DNA from: Candidatus Bathyarchaeota archaeon
GTDB taxonomy: Archaea > Thermoproteota > Bathyarchaeia > Hecatellales > Hecatellaceae
DNA length: 64,000 bases
Direction of reading: 5' to 3'
Assembly (NCBI GenBank): GCA_052246995.1
Contig: JBQPWD010000004.1
Span: 96,001 to 160,000, forward strand
Under the pieces are notes generated by a model. That model saw only the letters and a list, made by a program, of their open reading frames with translations. It did not search any database and was not told the origin of the DNA. Position 1 is the first letter of the stretch. Each line of letters starts with the position of its first letter. Positions 9,173 to 18,983 of the stretch are shown one piece after another. The translations under genes were made by a program, and so were the position numbers.

Positions 9173-10606
9173 TTGCTAGGTTACAGGTTGATTAAATTGT
9201 CTAGGGTAAAACTGCTTAAAACGTTGTATTTTATGACTTTATGTTTTACCATAATTAGTTTAAGTTTTGTAGAATCCTCATATTCTTGGAGTAACGGAGG
9301 CTTCAGCAAAAGTCCATTAGCCTTAAAGTACGGAACTCATGACTGGATAGCTGAACATGCGTTAGATTGGCTTCCAAACGAAGTAAAAAGCTGGATTGTT
9401 GAATATAAAGTTTATTTTCTTTATGGTACAGAACTTCCTGACAACAGTCAAGCTCCAGATGGGATAGGTGATACGCAGCTACACCACATCTACTTTAGCT
9501 CCAATGGTATCCTAATAGACGATTCGGCAGCTGTAAGGGCGGAGGCCACGTATCAACAAGCTTTAAACTACCTACTTTCAGGAGACTATATGCAGGCTGC
9601 AAAATATGCAGGGGCAATGTCGCACTACATAGCAGATATGGCTGTTTTTGGCCATGTTATGGGGGCTAAAACAGATTGGGGTGCTGAAAAACATCATAGC
9701 GACTATGAAGATTATGTAGATGGTAAAACATCAAGCTACAACTCTGAATTCAACATTTTCCTGTCGTTTGATGGTGAACTTAGACGTATATCGGCTTATG
9801 AGGCTGCTGTGGAGCTTGCCTACGATACAACTTTTGACAAGTCTGGTAGAGACTTAACCTGCGTGTGGATGGATAAAAACTACGACTGGGGCAACCCGAT
9901 ATTTAAAAACAGGGCAGGTGAATCCTTAAACCTAGCAGTAAATTACGTGGCTGACGTATTGTACACATTATACGTAGAATATCAAAACCTGCAACCACCT
10001 AAACTGGTGACTGTAACTTTCTTCGCCAACGGTTTAAGCTTGGATGCTAAAGGTACAATTCTTGTAGTTGACGGGGTTGGCTATTCCTATGTTGACATGC
10101 CAAAAAGTTTCACTTGGGAAGTAGGTTCTAACCACAACTTTAGCTGGGTTGATCGTGTAAACGTTGGTTTAGAAAAACGTTATGTTTGGATTTCGACAAG
10201 TGGTTTATCAACTTCTAGGAGTGGAAAAATAGTAGCACCTTCAACCAATAGCTCTGTAACTGCCACATATAATGTGGAATATCTACTTACAATAAATGTT
10301 GATCCACCTGAATCTGGAACAACAATTCCAAGTCCTGGTCAACACTGGTTTAACTCAGGGTCACTTGTAAGCATACATGCTTCAGCCAATCCAGACTATA
10401 CCTTCAAAAAATGGACAGTTAATGGGGTAGAGCTTTCAACAAATAAGTCTGCAACAATAGTTGTTAACACAAGCTACATGGTGGTTGCACACTTTAGTAA
10501 GCTACCTCCACAACCACCAATAACACAACACCTTCTTACACCTGTTGTTGCAGTCTGCATTTTTATAATCCTAATTATAATCATTAGAAGACGTAAGCAC
10601 TCATAA
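9173..10606 (+). CDS. Zinc-dependent phospholipase C / S1-P1 nuclease-like surface protein with Ig-like repeats and C-terminal TM anchor
   Basis: Signal peptide then WSNGG, GTHDWIAEHA, GTELPD, SHYIAD and HHSDYE metal ligands; beta-rich repeats (YTFKKW); TM helix followed by RRRK. Confidence 0.82.
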   Translation: MLGYRLIKLSRVKLLKTLYFMTLCFTIISLSFVESSYSWSNGGFSKSPLALKYGTHDWIAEHALDWLPNEVKSWIVEYKVYFLYGTELPDNSQAPDGIGDTQLHHIYFSSNGILIDDSAAVRAEATYQQALNYLLSGDYMQAAKYAGAMSHYIADMAVFGHVMGAKTDWGAEKHHSDYEDYVDGKTSSYNSEFNIFLSFDGELRRISAYEAAVELAYDTTFDKSGRDLTCVWMDKNYDWGNPIFKNRAGESLNLAVNYVADVLYTLYVEYQNLQPPKLVTVTFFANGLSLDAKGTILVVDGVGYSYVDMPKSFTWEVGSNHNFSWVDRVNVGLEKRYVWISTSGLSTSRSGKIVAPSTNSSVTATYNVEYLLTINVDPPESGTTIPSPGQHWFNSGSLVSIHASANPDYTFKKWTVNGVELSTNKSATIVVNTSYMVVAHFSKLPPQPPITQHLLTPVVAVCIFIILIIIIRRRKHS

Positions 10607-10755
10607 TTTATTAATGTTCATACTGCATAAAAAACCGCCAAAAAATGTTCTACTTACTTATTTGGACAAATAATACAACAATATAAAATAAAATCTTAAG
10701 CTTTTTAAGAAAAACCTACCATTCTTTTTCTTCGGTTAATCCACCCTATTAATTG

Positions 10756-11046
10756 TTAAGTTTTCCTTAACTTTTCTCTGGCTCTAATTTCAATTCTTCC
10801 AACCTTCTTCTCCCACTCAGATACAACAAACTGTTTTCTGGAAAATACAAAGTGAAATGCAAGACCTATACCCCACCCTAAAATCACCCAATAAAACCAC
10901 AGGCTTTCAGGTGAAGTTAGCAAATTAATGAAAATAAGGAAGACGTTAACAATAACATAGGCAGCGAGATGTGAGAGAAATTCTCTCTTTGCCTCCTCAA
11001 GCTCCAACTCCTTCCACGCTTGCTTGAAATCCTCAACAGAAGACAT
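10756..11046 (-). CDS. 2TM domain-containing protein
   Basis: FLSHLAAYVIVNVFLIFINL...WFYWVILGWGIGLAFH signature. Confidence 0.88.
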   Translation of the reverse strand: MSSVEDFKQAWKELELEEAKREFLSHLAAYVIVNVFLIFINLLTSPESLWFYWVILGWGIGLAFHFVFSRKQFVVSEWEKKVGRIEIRAREKLRKT

Positions 11047-11352
11047 AAATTAACTCCGCTTAGAAAAAAGCAAGGACCCTTATAAAGATTTTTAAAGAGC
11101 TACTTTTACAGCAACTTAAACGTTCTATTGGTACTTCTAGTTGACCATGTAGGTTAATACATGCTCCAAAAAGAATTCTTTACTATGCCTAATTTAAGGT
11201 TCAAATGTTCTGTAATGTTTTTATGAAGCAAAGTTTCACGTTTCTTGTTTAAACCACAAATTATATATCTCTAGACCTCTTCAACTATGATTACCGAAAA
11301 TAGGTTTTTAGTGGCTATTTGGGATAAAAATTTACTGGAAGAGGGTTAAGTT

Positions 11353-11937
11353 ATGGAAAAAACTATTAAAAATTTGGCAAAGGCATTTGTTGGTGAAAGT
11401 CAAGCAAGAAACCGCTATAAGTTTTACGCTAAAATTGCTAAGCAGGAAGGTTATGAGCAAATAGCTGAAATTTTTCTAATAACAGCAGATAATGAGGAGG
11501 AACATGCAAGTAACATATTTAAGCTAATTAACGAGTTAAAAAAGGGAAAAGGTAAGAAAATGGAGGAAATAGTTGTGGAGGCTGCTGTTCCAACAACAAT
11601 AGGTAGTACTGTAGAAAATTTGAAAGCTGCAATTGCCGGAGAAAACTATGAATACACAAAAATGTATCCTGAATTTGCCAAGATTGCTGAGGGAGAAGGA
11701 TATCCTGAAGTTGCTAAAAAGTTAAGAGCAATAGCAAAAGCTGAAGAACATCATGAAGAAAAATATAAAAAACTGTTAAAGGAAGTTGAAGCTGGCACGG
11801 TTTTTAAGAAGGAAAAAGAAGTTTGGTGGGTTTGTAGGGAGTGCGGATATGTTCACTTTGGAAAAGAGCCGCCAGAAGTATGTCCATCATGCAACCATTC
11901 AAGAAGCTACTACCAGCTAAAGTGTGAGGAATACTAA
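11353..11937 (+). CDS. rbr: Rubrerythrin
   Basis: [30 protein letters not shown] diiron ligands; C-terminal CRECG...CPSC. Confidence 0.96.
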   Translation: MEKTIKNLAKAFVGESQARNRYKFYAKIAKQEGYEQIAEIFLITADNEEEHASNIFKLINELKKGKGKKMEEIVVEAAVPTTIGSTVENLKAAIAGENYEYTKMYPEFAKIAEGEGYPEVAKKLRAIAKAEEHHEEKYKKLLKEVEAGTVFKKEKEVWWVCRECGYVHFGKEPPEVCPSCNHSRSYYQLKCEEY

Positions 11938-12001
11938 CATTAAAAATATTAAGTAAATTATGGAAAAAGCTTTATTGTAAGTTTAAAGGTGAGTAGAAAA
12001 T

Positions 12002-12379
12002 TTGACTGAAAAATTACAAATTTACAGGTGTAATGTTTGCGGAAACATTGTTGAGGTTTTACATGCAGGAGCAGGTCAACTTGTATGTTGCGGTCAACCG
12101 ATGGAACTGTTAACAGAAAAAACTGTAGATGTTGGAAAAGAAAAACATATTCCGGTAATCGAGAAAATGCGTGAGCGGGTAAAGGTGAAGGTTGGTTCAA
12201 CCCCCCACCCTATGGAGAAAAAACACTATATAGAGTGGATTGAGGTAATTGCTGATGGTAAAGTTTATAGAAAATTTTTAAAGCCTGAGGGGGTTGCAGA
12301 AGCAGAATTTGAGATAAAAGAAGAAAAAATTGAAGCAAGGGAATATTGTAATATTCATGGACTCTGGAAAACTACCTAA
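12002..12379 (+). CDS. dfx: Desulfoferrodoxin (2Fe superoxide reductase)
   Basis: CNVCGN...CCGQPM centre I; EKHIP, HPM..HYI and CNIHG centre II. Confidence 0.96.
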   Translation: MTEKLQIYRCNVCGNIVEVLHAGAGQLVCCGQPMELLTEKTVDVGKEKHIPVIEKMRERVKVKVGSTPHPMEKKHYIEWIEVIADGKVYRKFLKPEGVAEAEFEIKEEKIEAREYCNIHGLWKTT

Positions 12380-12537
12380 ACATTTTCCCTATTTTTTAAG
12401 AATTTTTTTACTTAAGCCCCAACTCTATTCATTGTTAAAGGTTAACCATAGTTTATGGAAACCTACCCAACCACTCCATTTTTTATGTTATCAAAAACTA
12501 CTCTAATCTCTTTGAAAGACTTTCACTTAGTGAAAAG

Positions 12538-13167
12538 ATGGAAAAATTGATAAAAATTGTAAGAAGCTTGTGTAAAAGTAAAGTAAAAAGTTTGGTTGAT
12601 GCACGTTTAAGAGAGTTTAAGAGGATGGGGGAAGCCTCAAGTAGGGAGGTTTTTAAGGAGCTTTGCTTCTGCATTCTTACTGCGAATTTTAACGCTGAAA
12701 AATGCATAAAAATCCAGGATAAGATAGGGGATGGCTTCCTTTACTTACCTGAGGAAAAGTTGGCTGAAACATTAAAAAAACTTGGTCATAGGTATCCGTA
12801 TACAAGGGCAAGGTACATTGTGGAAGCAAGAAAATATAAAGATAAGTTAAAAAACATTATTACATCCTTTAAAAATGATGAGGAAGAATTAAGAAGTTGG
12901 TTGGTTAAAAATGTAAAGGGAATAGGATATAAGGAGGCAAGCCACTTTCTTAGAAATATAGGCTACACAAACTTTGCTATTCTAGATTTCCACATCATAA
13001 ACATACTTACAAAATATAGGATAACCAAAAAACCTAAAACGTTAACAAGAAAAGAGTATTTAAAAATTGAAAACATCATGAGGGAAATTGCAAAAAAATT
13101 AAACCTTAACTTGGCAGAATTAGACCTATACTTATGGTATATAGAAACTAAAAAAATATTAAAGTAA
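12538..13167 (+). CDS. ogg: 8-oxoguanine DNA N-glycosylase/AP lyase (Ogg2 type)
   Basis: ELCFCILTAN, VKGIGYKEASHFLRNIG HhH motif, AILDFHI, LDLYLWY, C-terminal ILK. Confidence 0.93.
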   Translation: MEKLIKIVRSLCKSKVKSLVDARLREFKRMGEASSREVFKELCFCILTANFNAEKCIKIQDKIGDGFLYLPEEKLAETLKKLGHRYPYTRARYIVEARKYKDKLKNIITSFKNDEEELRSWLVKNVKGIGYKEASHFLRNIGYTNFAILDFHIINILTKYRITKKPKTLTRKEYLKIENIMREIAKKLNLNLAELDLYLWYIETKKILK

Positions 13168-13281
13168 TCATCTTTTACCATTTTCATTCATTTCCTTTCA
13201 TGTAAAATTTCAAGCTTACCTCTAGTAGAAAAACTTTTATCCAATATGGGCGTAGAAGTTATGCAAACGTGGTGTTTAAAG

Positions 13282-13788
13282 ATGGATGTTAAAGCTTTAC
13301 GTTTTATCAGTTACGGTCTTTACGTGGTAACTTCAAGAAAGGGTGAGGAATTTAATGGCCAGATAGCCAACACAGTATTTCAAGTTGCATCCAAGCCCAT
13401 TATTATAGCTGTATGCATCAACAAGCAAAACTTAACTCACGAGTACATTAATTCAAGTAAAGCTTTTGCAGTATCAATTCTTTCAAAGGATACTCCACTA
13501 TCCTTTATTGGTCAATTTGGTTTTAGGTCTGGTAGGGATGTTAATAAACTTAAAAATGTTAACTTTAAAATCGGTAAAACAGGAGTTCCAATAGTTTTAG
13601 ACCACTCATTAGCATGGGTAGATGTAAAAGTCACAGGAAAACTTGATGTTAACAGTCACACAATCTTTGTTGGGGAGGCTGTTGACTCGGACATCATAAT
13701 GGAAGGTGAACCTATGACTTACGCTTATTATCACCTAGTAAAGGGTGGGGGAGTGCCGAAAACTGCTCCAATACATGTAGGGGGTTAA
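13282..13788 (+). CDS. Flavin reductase-like protein (N-terminal domain of high-molecular-weight rubredoxin)
   Basis: [43 protein letters not shown]. Confidence 0.9.
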   Translation: MDVKALRFISYGLYVVTSRKGEEFNGQIANTVFQVASKPIIIAVCINKQNLTHEYINSSKAFAVSILSKDTPLSFIGQFGFRSGRDVNKLKNVNFKIGKTGVPIVLDHSLAWVDVKVTGKLDVNSHTIFVGEAVDSDIIMEGEPMTYAYYHLVKGGGVPKTAPIHVGG

Positions 13789-13790
13789 GT

Positions 13791-13952
13791 ATGGTTAAGT
13801 ATAGATGCACAATTTGTGGATATGTATATGACGAGGATAAAGGCGATCCTGAACATAACATTCCAGCTGGAACAAAATTTGAAAACCTGCCTGAAGATTG
13901 GTATTGTCCAGTTTGCGGAGCTTCTAAAGACCAGTTTGAGGTCTTAGACTAA
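13791..13952 (+). CDS. rub: Rubredoxin (53 aa)
   Basis: Below the ORF-track size cutoff. Manual translation [53 protein letters not shown]. Confidence 0.97.
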   Translation: MVKYRCTICGYVYDEDKGDPEHNIPAGTKFENLPEDWYCPVCGASKDQFEVLD

Positions 13953-14001
13953 AAATAAATAAACTTAGAGTAGTTTAGAGTTATTGTTAGTGGTAAAAAA
14001 G

Positions 14002-15189
14002 ATGGCCTTTAAACCATTAAAAGTTAGTGAAAACATATACTGGGTTGGGGCTGTAGATTGGTGTGAACGTGACTTTCACAACTTTAACATTGTAAGAGGA
14101 ACAAGCTACAATGCTTACCTCATAATTGATGATAAAATAACCCTAGTTGATACAGTTAAACATGAGTTTTTCCATGAGATGATAGAGAGAATTAAGAAAT
14201 TAATAGATCCGTCCAAAATTGATTATATTGTTTCAAATCATGCTGAGATAGACCATTCTGGAAGTTTACCACTAAGTATGGAGGTTGCTAAAAATGCAAC
14301 AGTAATCTGTACCTCTAAAGGTAGGGAAGGTTTATGCAGATATTTTGATTGTAAAGATTGGAATTTTAAGGTTGTTAAAACTGGAGATGAACTAAAAATT
14401 GGTGGAAGAACATTAACATTTATAGAGATGCCTATGCTTCATTGGCCAGATAGCATGGCAACTTACATTAAAGAGGATAAACTTTTGTTTTCAAGCGATG
14501 CTTTTGGTCAACATATTGCAAGCATAGAAAGACATGATGAAGAACTTGGCGTGGAGGAAGCTGTTGAATGGGCTAAAGCTTATTATGCCAACATTTTAAT
14601 GCCTTTTAGTGAACTTATTAAAATGAAGATTAATGAAATTGAGAAACTTGGAATCCAGGTTAGGATGATAGCCCCCGCCCATGGAGTTGTATGGAAAAAT
14701 CCAAGTAAAATAATTTCAGCATACAAAGATTGGGCAGAATTTAGGTCTGAAAATAAGCTTGTTGTAATTTATGATACAATGTGGAGTAGTACGGAGGCTC
14801 TTGCAAAAGCTATAGTAGATGGAGCAAAACATGGTAATGTTAAGGTTAGACTTTTTCATGTAAGGAAAGATTCTTGGAGTGAAATAGTAACTGAAATTTT
14901 AGATGCTAAGGCGATAGCCATTGGAGCGCCAACAATGCATAACACTGTTTTTCCACCCGTTGCCGGTTTTCTAGCTTACATGAAGAGTCTAAAACCTAAA
15001 AATAAGATTGGAGTTGCATTTAGTTCTTATGGGTGGGGTGGAGGAGCGGTTAGGGAAATAAATAAGGTTTTTGAAGAGTTAAAATTTGAAATTATGGAGC
15101 CGTTGCAGGTTAGATATAAGCCTACAAGTGATGATTTAGAAAAGGCTTTTGAGCTTGGTGTAAAAATAGCTGAAAAGATTGGTAAGTGA
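14002..15189 (+). CDS. fprA: Flavodiiron protein (FprA, O2/NO reductase)
   Basis: GTSYNAY, HAEIDHSG, LHWPD, SSDAFGQH, APAHG and flavodoxin domain SYGWGG. Confidence 0.95.
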   Translation: MAFKPLKVSENIYWVGAVDWCERDFHNFNIVRGTSYNAYLIIDDKITLVDTVKHEFFHEMIERIKKLIDPSKIDYIVSNHAEIDHSGSLPLSMEVAKNATVICTSKGREGLCRYFDCKDWNFKVVKTGDELKIGGRTLTFIEMPMLHWPDSMATYIKEDKLLFSSDAFGQHIASIERHDEELGVEEAVEWAKAYYANILMPFSELIKMKINEIEKLGIQVRMIAPAHGVVWKNPSKIISAYKDWAEFRSENKLVVIYDTMWSSTEALAKAIVDGAKHGNVKVRLFHVRKDSWSEIVTEILDAKAIAIGAPTMHNTVFPPVAGFLAYMKSLKPKNKIGVAFSSYGWGGGAVREINKVFEELKFEIMEPLQVRYKPTSDDLEKAFELGVKIAEKIGK

Positions 15190-15809
15190 GTAGCTTGGAG
15201 AAAGATCAAACCATAATTCTTGGTATATGTGGAAGTCCAAGGAAAAAAGCAACTGAGTATGTTTTAAAAGAAGCTTTAAACATGTTAATGGAGAGAAATT
15301 TTAAAACAGAGTTTTTTACCGTTAGAGATAAAAATATTAGTTTTTGTCAACATTGCGATTACTGCTTAAAAAATAAGGAATGCAGAATTAAAGATGACAT
15401 GTATGAACTTTACTCTTTACTTAAAAATGCTAAAGGAATAATTATCGCTACACCTGTTTACAATGGTGGGGTCAGTGCCCAAGTAAAGGCTATTATGGAT
15501 AGGTGTAGAGCCTTGGTTGCAGCTAACCCTAAATTTTTTAGGTATAAAGTTGGTATGGCTATTGCAGTGGGTGGAGACAGGGCAGGTGGACAGGAATTAG
15601 CAATACAACAGATAATAACGTTTTATATTTTAAATGGGATTATACCAGTTAGTGGAGGCTTTTTTGGAGCAAACTTGGGAGCAACATTTTGGTCAAAAGA
15701 TTCTTTAAAAGGTGTGGAAGAGGATGAAGAAGGGTTTAAAAGCTTAAGAAAAACTGTTAAAAAGTTTGCTGATTTTTTAGAGAAGTTTAAATTTGAAGAA
15801 AAACTGTAA
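15186..15809 (+). CDS. Iron-sulfur flavoprotein (Isf-like, flavodoxin family)
   Basis: GSPRK, CQHCDYC(x5)C cluster motif, TPVY, GGQE. Confidence 0.9.
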   Translation: MSSLEKDQTIILGICGSPRKKATEYVLKEALNMLMERNFKTEFFTVRDKNISFCQHCDYCLKNKECRIKDDMYELYSLLKNAKGIIIATPVYNGGVSAQVKAIMDRCRALVAANPKFFRYKVGMAIAVGGDRAGGQELAIQQIITFYILNGIIPVSGGFFGANLGATFWSKDSLKGVEEDEEGFKSLRKTVKKFADFLEKFKFEEKL

Positions 15810-15818
15810 ACTTTAGCC

Positions 15819-16418
15819 ATGAAACAAGAAACATTGGAGAAAAGAGAAGAAGGAAAAAAGAAAAAGGCTGCTTGGGGAATTACAGGTAGCGGAGATAGAC
15901 TGGTTGAAACTGTTGAAGTTATGAAAAATGTAAAGAAAGAATATGAAAATAAAGTTGAGATTCAAGTTTTTCTCTCTAAAGCTGCAAACCAGGTTGTAAG
16001 ATACTATAAATTGTTAGACGATTTAAACAAAAGTTTTGGCAAAATTTGGGTTGAAGTTGACCCAAATACACCGTTCTTGGCTGGTTTACTACAAACAGGA
16101 AAATTTGAGTTTTTATTGATAGCACCAGCAACATCAAATACTGTTGCAAAAATTTCAATGGGGATAGCAGATAGCTTACTGTCAAACTCTGCAATTATGG
16201 CTTTAAAAGCCTTTGTTCCGGTTTACATAATGCCATCTGACTATAAGGAGGGTATAGTAGTTACAAGGCTTCCTAGTGGAAAGGATTTAAAGTTAAGAAT
16301 AAGGGGGGAGGATGTTGAACATGTTAAAAAGCTAATTAGTATGGATGGGGTGTTTGTACTGGAAAAACCTGAAGATATACACCAAGTTTTTAGAAAACAT
16401 TTTGGAAACATAGGTTAG
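15819..16418 (+). CDS. afpA: Archaeoflavoprotein AfpA
   Basis: AWGITGSG, APATSNTVAKI..GIADSL, VYIMPSD, LKLRIR.EDVE; no ferredoxin insert. Confidence 0.88.
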   Translation: MKQETLEKREEGKKKKAAWGITGSGDRLVETVEVMKNVKKEYENKVEIQVFLSKAANQVVRYYKLLDDLNKSFGKIWVEVDPNTPFLAGLLQTGKFEFLLIAPATSNTVAKISMGIADSLLSNSAIMALKAFVPVYIMPSDYKEGIVVTRLPSGKDLKLRIRGEDVEHVKKLISMDGVFVLEKPEDIHQVFRKHFGNIG

Positions 16419-17158
16419 GTGGATTTTTCCCTTAAAAATTTAAAAATGTTCTCTTCAAGCTCAACAGGTGAACTTAAAACCTTAACATTCTTAAATTTAC
16501 TCAACCTTTTAACGTTTTCAACATCAACCCTTCTCGGCTCAACCTTAATTTTTCTTCTAAAGCTAACAGCGTTGTAGGGACATAAGGGTAAACATAAACC
16601 ACAACCCCAACATTTTTCAAGGTTTATTCTAGCTTTTTCTTCAACAAACTCTAAAGCACCATGCGGACAATTTTTCATTGGTAAGCAGGGGTTACACCCT
16701 CTACAATTATCCCTATCAACCATGTAGGGAAGTTCTGTTTCACCTGGAAGCCAGTCTGTTGGAAGAATATAAGCTGGCAAGTTTCCTTTTTGAGTTTGAG
16801 CAAAAACATTTGTTACCAGGGTATCAGCAATTCCATGAGCAATTTTTGCTGTAGTATTAGCACTACAAGGTGCAATTACTAGAAGCTGATATTTACCAAG
16901 TTGAAGCCTACCTGAAATAGGAAAACTTTGATTTAAATTTGAAGTAAAAAATTCTTCATAATATTTTCCAGGAGAAATTTTTCTTACTTCAGGTAGAAGC
17001 CCATAAATTCGTATAACCTCTTCTCCAGCTTTTGAAGCAAAAATTGTTATTTTAACATTAAAAGACTCTTTAACTTTTTTCATTACCGAAAAAGTTTCAA
17101 AAAGAAAATGTCCTGCACCTGTAACTCCCCAAGCAATGCAGATGACCAATTTTAACAC
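16415..17158 (-). CDS. Dihydromethanopterin reductase (acceptor)-like flavoprotein (MJ0208/DmrX family)
   Basis: IAWGVTGAGH, APCSANTTAKIAHGIADTLVTN, plus an inserted 2x[4Fe-4S] domain (CRGCNPC..CP, CWGCGLC..CP). Confidence 0.85.
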   Translation of the reverse strand: MLKLVICIAWGVTGAGHFLFETFSVMKKVKESFNVKITIFASKAGEEVIRIYGLLPEVRKISPGKYYEEFFTSNLNQSFPISGRLQLGKYQLLVIAPCSANTTAKIAHGIADTLVTNVFAQTQKGNLPAYILPTDWLPGETELPYMVDRDNCRGCNPCLPMKNCPHGALEFVEEKARINLEKCWGCGLCLPLCPYNAVSFRRKIKVEPRRVDVENVKRLSKFKNVKVLSSPVELEENIFKFLREKST

Positions 17159-17201
17159 CTAAAAAAGGAGTTTCTGAACAGCAGAAATAACATTATCCAA
17201 T

Positions 17202-17963
17202 TTAACTATTAGCTTGTTGTGCATTTTTTATAGCTTTTAACACTTCCTCTCTTATAATATATCCAGCCTTATGAAGAATAGTATCACCTATCTCCTTATC
17301 TACTTCCATGCTTGCAGTACATGGATAGGTATGATGTGCTTTAGATGTAACCTCCTCTATACCTTTAACATCACGCAATCTAATTTGTCGAGCTATATAC
17401 CATGTTGAACCGCAGGGGGCGCTTCTTAAAACCGTTGCCTCACGAATTACACCTTTAGAAATTTTAACCTTAAGTTCAGGTCTTCCAATCTTATACCTAT
17501 CAATAAACCTGTCAATCACTCCACCATTTCCAGGTTTTTCAAGGGAGCAGAAAGGTTTTGGGAAGGCTGATTCAACACCTATTTCATTAAGCTCGTTTTT
17601 AACCCGATTTTTAACAGCAGGAGGACACCAATGCCTGTTTTCAATTGGAGCTATTACCCCTTTAACTTTACTATCAATTACAAGTTTTGGAATTGTTAAA
17701 AGCAGGTCAATGTGCACCCCTACAACAATCAACACTTCAGCTAAACCTAAATTTGGTGGAAGATACTTTTCTGGCTCATCAATAAAAGTTGGCAAGTTGG
17801 TGTCAACTTTAAAAACACCCTCAAAATCTGAAGCATAAGATGGATAAACAGTTCTACAATGTTCACACAACAACCCGCAGGATTCGCAAAAAGTTGAATA
17901 ATTTAACAGGTTACCTATAACTCGCTCACCAAACTCGTCTCCATATATGAAGTAAAGCCTCAT
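17202..17963 (-). CDS. DUF166 family protein
   Basis: PTFIDEPEKY, PKPFCSL, VLRSAPCGSTWY, HHTYPCTASM, ILHKAG. Confidence 0.82.
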   Translation of the reverse strand: MRLYFIYGDEFGERVIGNLLNYSTFCESCGLLCEHCRTVYPSYASDFEGVFKVDTNLPTFIDEPEKYLPPNLGLAEVLIVVGVHIDLLLTIPKLVIDSKVKGVIAPIENRHWCPPAVKNRVKNELNEIGVESAFPKPFCSLEKPGNGGVIDRFIDRYKIGRPELKVKISKGVIREATVLRSAPCGSTWYIARQIRLRDVKGIEEVTSKAHHTYPCTASMEVDKEIGDTILHKAGYIIREEVLKAIKNAQQANS

Positions 17964-18146
17964 TTCACCAAACCTTACACCTAACTATTTTAAGGTGGAA
18001 ACTGAAACTGCTTTACAATATTATGGAAATAAAAATTAAGCCAATTTAAAATTTGTTTTGTGTAACATTAAACTATAAAGGAAATTTGATAAATCTAAGA
18101 TGCTTTTAGAGGAAAATGGCATAGTAGAGAGAGCCGGTAAAAAAGT

Positions 18147-18428
18147 TTAACCTCCAACTATAGGTGGAAATATTGAAATTTCATCACCATCATTTAACAC
18201 TGTTTTCACACCATCCAAGGTTTTTATGTTTAAGCCATTAACCAGTATTGTAAGATTTTCTGTTAAGGTTTCAGCCTCAAAAATTTCTTCTCTAAACTTT
18301 TCACCATAAAACTCTGAAAGAATGTTTAATGCCTCATAAACGGTTACTGGTTTATCAAGTTCCAATGTTCTTTCCTTTTCACCTGCAATTTCTCTAAGGG
18401 AAGCAAAAAATCTAAATTTAACCTTCAA
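18147..18428 (-). CDS. moaD: Ubiquitin-like sulfur carrier MoaD/SAMP1
   Basis: RFFASLREIAG, ILVNG, DGDEISIFPPIVGG with C-terminal GG. Confidence 0.92.
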   Translation of the reverse strand: MKVKFRFFASLREIAGEKERTLELDKPVTVYEALNILSEFYGEKFREEIFEAETLTENLTILVNGLNIKTLDGVKTVLNDGDEISIFPPIVGG

Positions 18429-18490
18429 GTTAGGCTAACCCTTCACTTTAGAAAATAAGGGAGAAATATAAATTTTTTCCAGTAAGTATA

Positions 18491-18940
18491 ATGTTAACTA
18501 TGGAGAAAGTTAAACTTGTAGGTAAAGACGAGATTGATTTAGGAAAAGTTGTAAAGGCTGTTAAGGAAAACTTAGAAAGTTTTGATTATGGCGCAATTTT
18601 ATGTTTTATAGGTGTGGTTAGAAGTGTAGGACAGGATGGTGAAAAGGTTAAGCATCTATACTATGAGGTTGATGAAAAATATACCCTAAAGTTTTTAGAG
18701 GATTTAAGACAAAAGATTTTGGAGGAAAACAAGGGATTAGCTGAACTTATAATCTACCATTGTGTAGGGGAGGTCCCTCCTAAAAATGAAACATTACTCA
18801 TAGTTGGTGTTGGAAAGCACAGTGAAGACGTTTTTAACGGAGTTAAAAAAGCGTTAAATGGGGTTAAAAAAGATGTCCCTATATGGAAAAAGGAGGTAAC
18901 GGAAAAACATTCTTACTGGGTTGGCAGGGAAAAAAGTTAA
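18491..18940 (+). CDS. moaE: Molybdopterin synthase catalytic subunit
   Basis: GAILCFIGVVR, LYYE, KKDVPIWKKE. Confidence 0.9.
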   Translation: MLTMEKVKLVGKDEIDLGKVVKAVKENLESFDYGAILCFIGVVRSVGQDGEKVKHLYYEVDEKYTLKFLEDLRQKILEENKGLAELIIYHCVGEVPPKNETLLIVGVGKHSEDVFNGVKKALNGVKKDVPIWKKEVTEKHSYWVGREKS

Positions 18941-18983
18941 AGTTAATTTTCTTTATAAAAATTTGATGGTGAAAGAATATTTC

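Noticed and set aside
11198-11206. GGTTCAAAT as a possible attR copy of the tRNA-Ala 3' end
   Set aside because: Only 9 nt match, with no acceptor-stem continuation and no integrase.
18080-18162. LEENGIVERAGKKF fragment resembling a wHTH wing
   Set aside because: Too short, no start codon or HTH upstream; may be chance.
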